A stretch of DNA of 63,092 bases, filler included, from Phoronis australis (Eukaryota > Animalia > Phoronida): NCBI GenBank assembly GCA_002633005.1. It is 5 parts of 5 records of this genome, joined end to end, with 100 filler letters (N's around TTAATTAATTAA, not from the genome) between each part and the next. Parts side by side here need not be neighbours in the genome. Positions count along the whole stretch, not along the records: positions 59,577 to 63,092 come from NMRA01002975.1; 4 more parts are not named here. One strand, given 5' to 3'. The position numbers were made by a program, and so were the translations under genes. A model generated the notes under the pieces. That model was not told where the DNA came from. It saw only the letters and a list, made by a program, of their open reading frames with translations, and did no database searches. This document shows, piece after piece, positions 61,880 to 63,092 of the stretch (positions are counted from its first letter, which is position 1; each line of letters opens with the position of its first letter).

Positions 61880-63092
61880 AATAATCATAGTTTTTTAACC
61901 AGGCTGGACTCTTCCATACGCGTCCGGAACATGTCGTGTAACCTTTGGTGACTGGTGTCACATTTCCATTTGGTTCAGGGTTCACACAATTCAAGTGTTG
62001 CCACTGCGATACTGGTGGGTCTGGGATGACACGCAGGTGAATGCGATTACGTCTTGATCTCTGACCGTCCGGGGGTTGGACTATTTATCTTCGGCGTTCT
62101 GGACAAATTTCCACGGCGGTAGCGGGTTCCCAATTTCTATAGATAGTGTCTTGCATGGTTACGTGTTTACCAAGGTATAAGGATGTAGACATCCTGCTCC
62201 TTTGTTAATGAACTATATTCTTCTGAATCTGGCGAGAAGCAAGATAAGACTGAGAATCGTCGGCATCTGCTGACATGTTTGGGAGCTTGCATAGGAGAGC
62301 ATTGTTGATTCGGCGGTTGAAAAATATATCGGCAGGGCTCTTCAGTTTGTGGTCAACAGGAGTAGTGCCACATCGTAGCAGCGCAAGGTGGTTGTCTTGC
62401 TTGGACTGGATTGCCTTGAATATAATTCGTTTCACTTTTCCACAAAACCATTGAATTGAGAATATGTAGGCGATGAAGTAATGTGTTGGTATTCTTCTCT
62501 TTCACAAATGACTTATAAGTAGCGCCAACGAAATGGGTACCATTGTCTGATCGTATTACAGCATGAATACCCACGAGGCTCCAGTGCTACTCGGTAACGT
62601 TTCCTATAACAGACGAGGTTGCCGGATTAGGGAGTAACTCAACTAGGTTGTTGACGTTTTGTGCTGACGATTCAAGGCCGCATTTAAGCGTTTCGGGAAG
62701 TCCGTACAGGCATACTCTCAGCGACAAGTCGAATTTGATCACCGTAGTCAAAATGCTGCACCATGCCGAGTGTTAGTTAGCGTAACATTTCTCTATAACT
62801 GATTGGCTCTCCATCTTGTCAAGTTCCTCACGAGGTTGATTACGTATATGGATGAAGTATTTTCGGGGAGGATCAATGAACGGTGTTGCGCCAGGTTTTA
62901 TGCATAGATAAACTTTTCCCGGCGGGTTACCAATTATGTCAAAATGCTTTGGATACTTATGCTGTATATGTAGGTCGTTTACAGAAGTGATAATTAGGGC
63001 TCAATAGTCTGTTGTGGTGTGTTTGAGTTTTCTACTGGTGATTTTGTGTTGCAGTCAACCGACTGTACATTTGCGATACGTGTGATAATGGT
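61880..63092 (-). mobile_element. Decayed, internally deleted Ty3/Gypsy pol (RT N-terminus joined to integrase)
   Basis: YPKHFD..PFIDPPRK..EELDKME (62790-62960); GIHAVIRSDNGTHF, ALL...TP....SPADIFFNR, RRNRIHLR integrase motifs. Confidence 0.85.

Overview
Eukaryotic, repeat-rich invertebrate-animal genomic DNA (intron-exon genes with GT-AG introns; species cannot be determined). The window is a concatenation of five pieces joined by artificial 100-bp spacers (N44-TTAATTAATTAA-N44 at 30303, 45943, 56563, 59477), so adjacency across spacers is not biological evidence. Host genes reconstructed by hand: (1) 12 phase-consistent minus-strand exons (31114-42436, 558 codons) of an ATP11-class P4-ATPase phospholipid flippase, truncated at both ends by contig limits; (2) a minus-strand gene with a WSC domain split over three exons followed by a PKD-like domain (polycystin-1-like architecture; 8550-14572, possible signal-peptide exon at 25406-25499); (3) one partial spectrin-repeat exon of a spectraplakin (Shot/MACF1/dystonin) at 59577-59733. 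Most of the rest is mobile DNA: a decayed Helitron RepHel, a Penelope fragment, three Kolobok (TTAA-TSD, THAP plus KolX-like) copies, two Gypsy remnants, several MITEs and minisatellites, and many copies of a Helentron-type non-autonomous element (HINE). Best leads: the HINE carries an internal array of co-oriented CTCF-consensus motifs at ~147-bp spacing; a Gypsy element with an intact TSD contains an inverted PBS/U5 and an inverted gag segment; and the invertebrate ATP11 keeps DxxD/G caspase-type sites where vertebrate ATP11A/C are cleaved.
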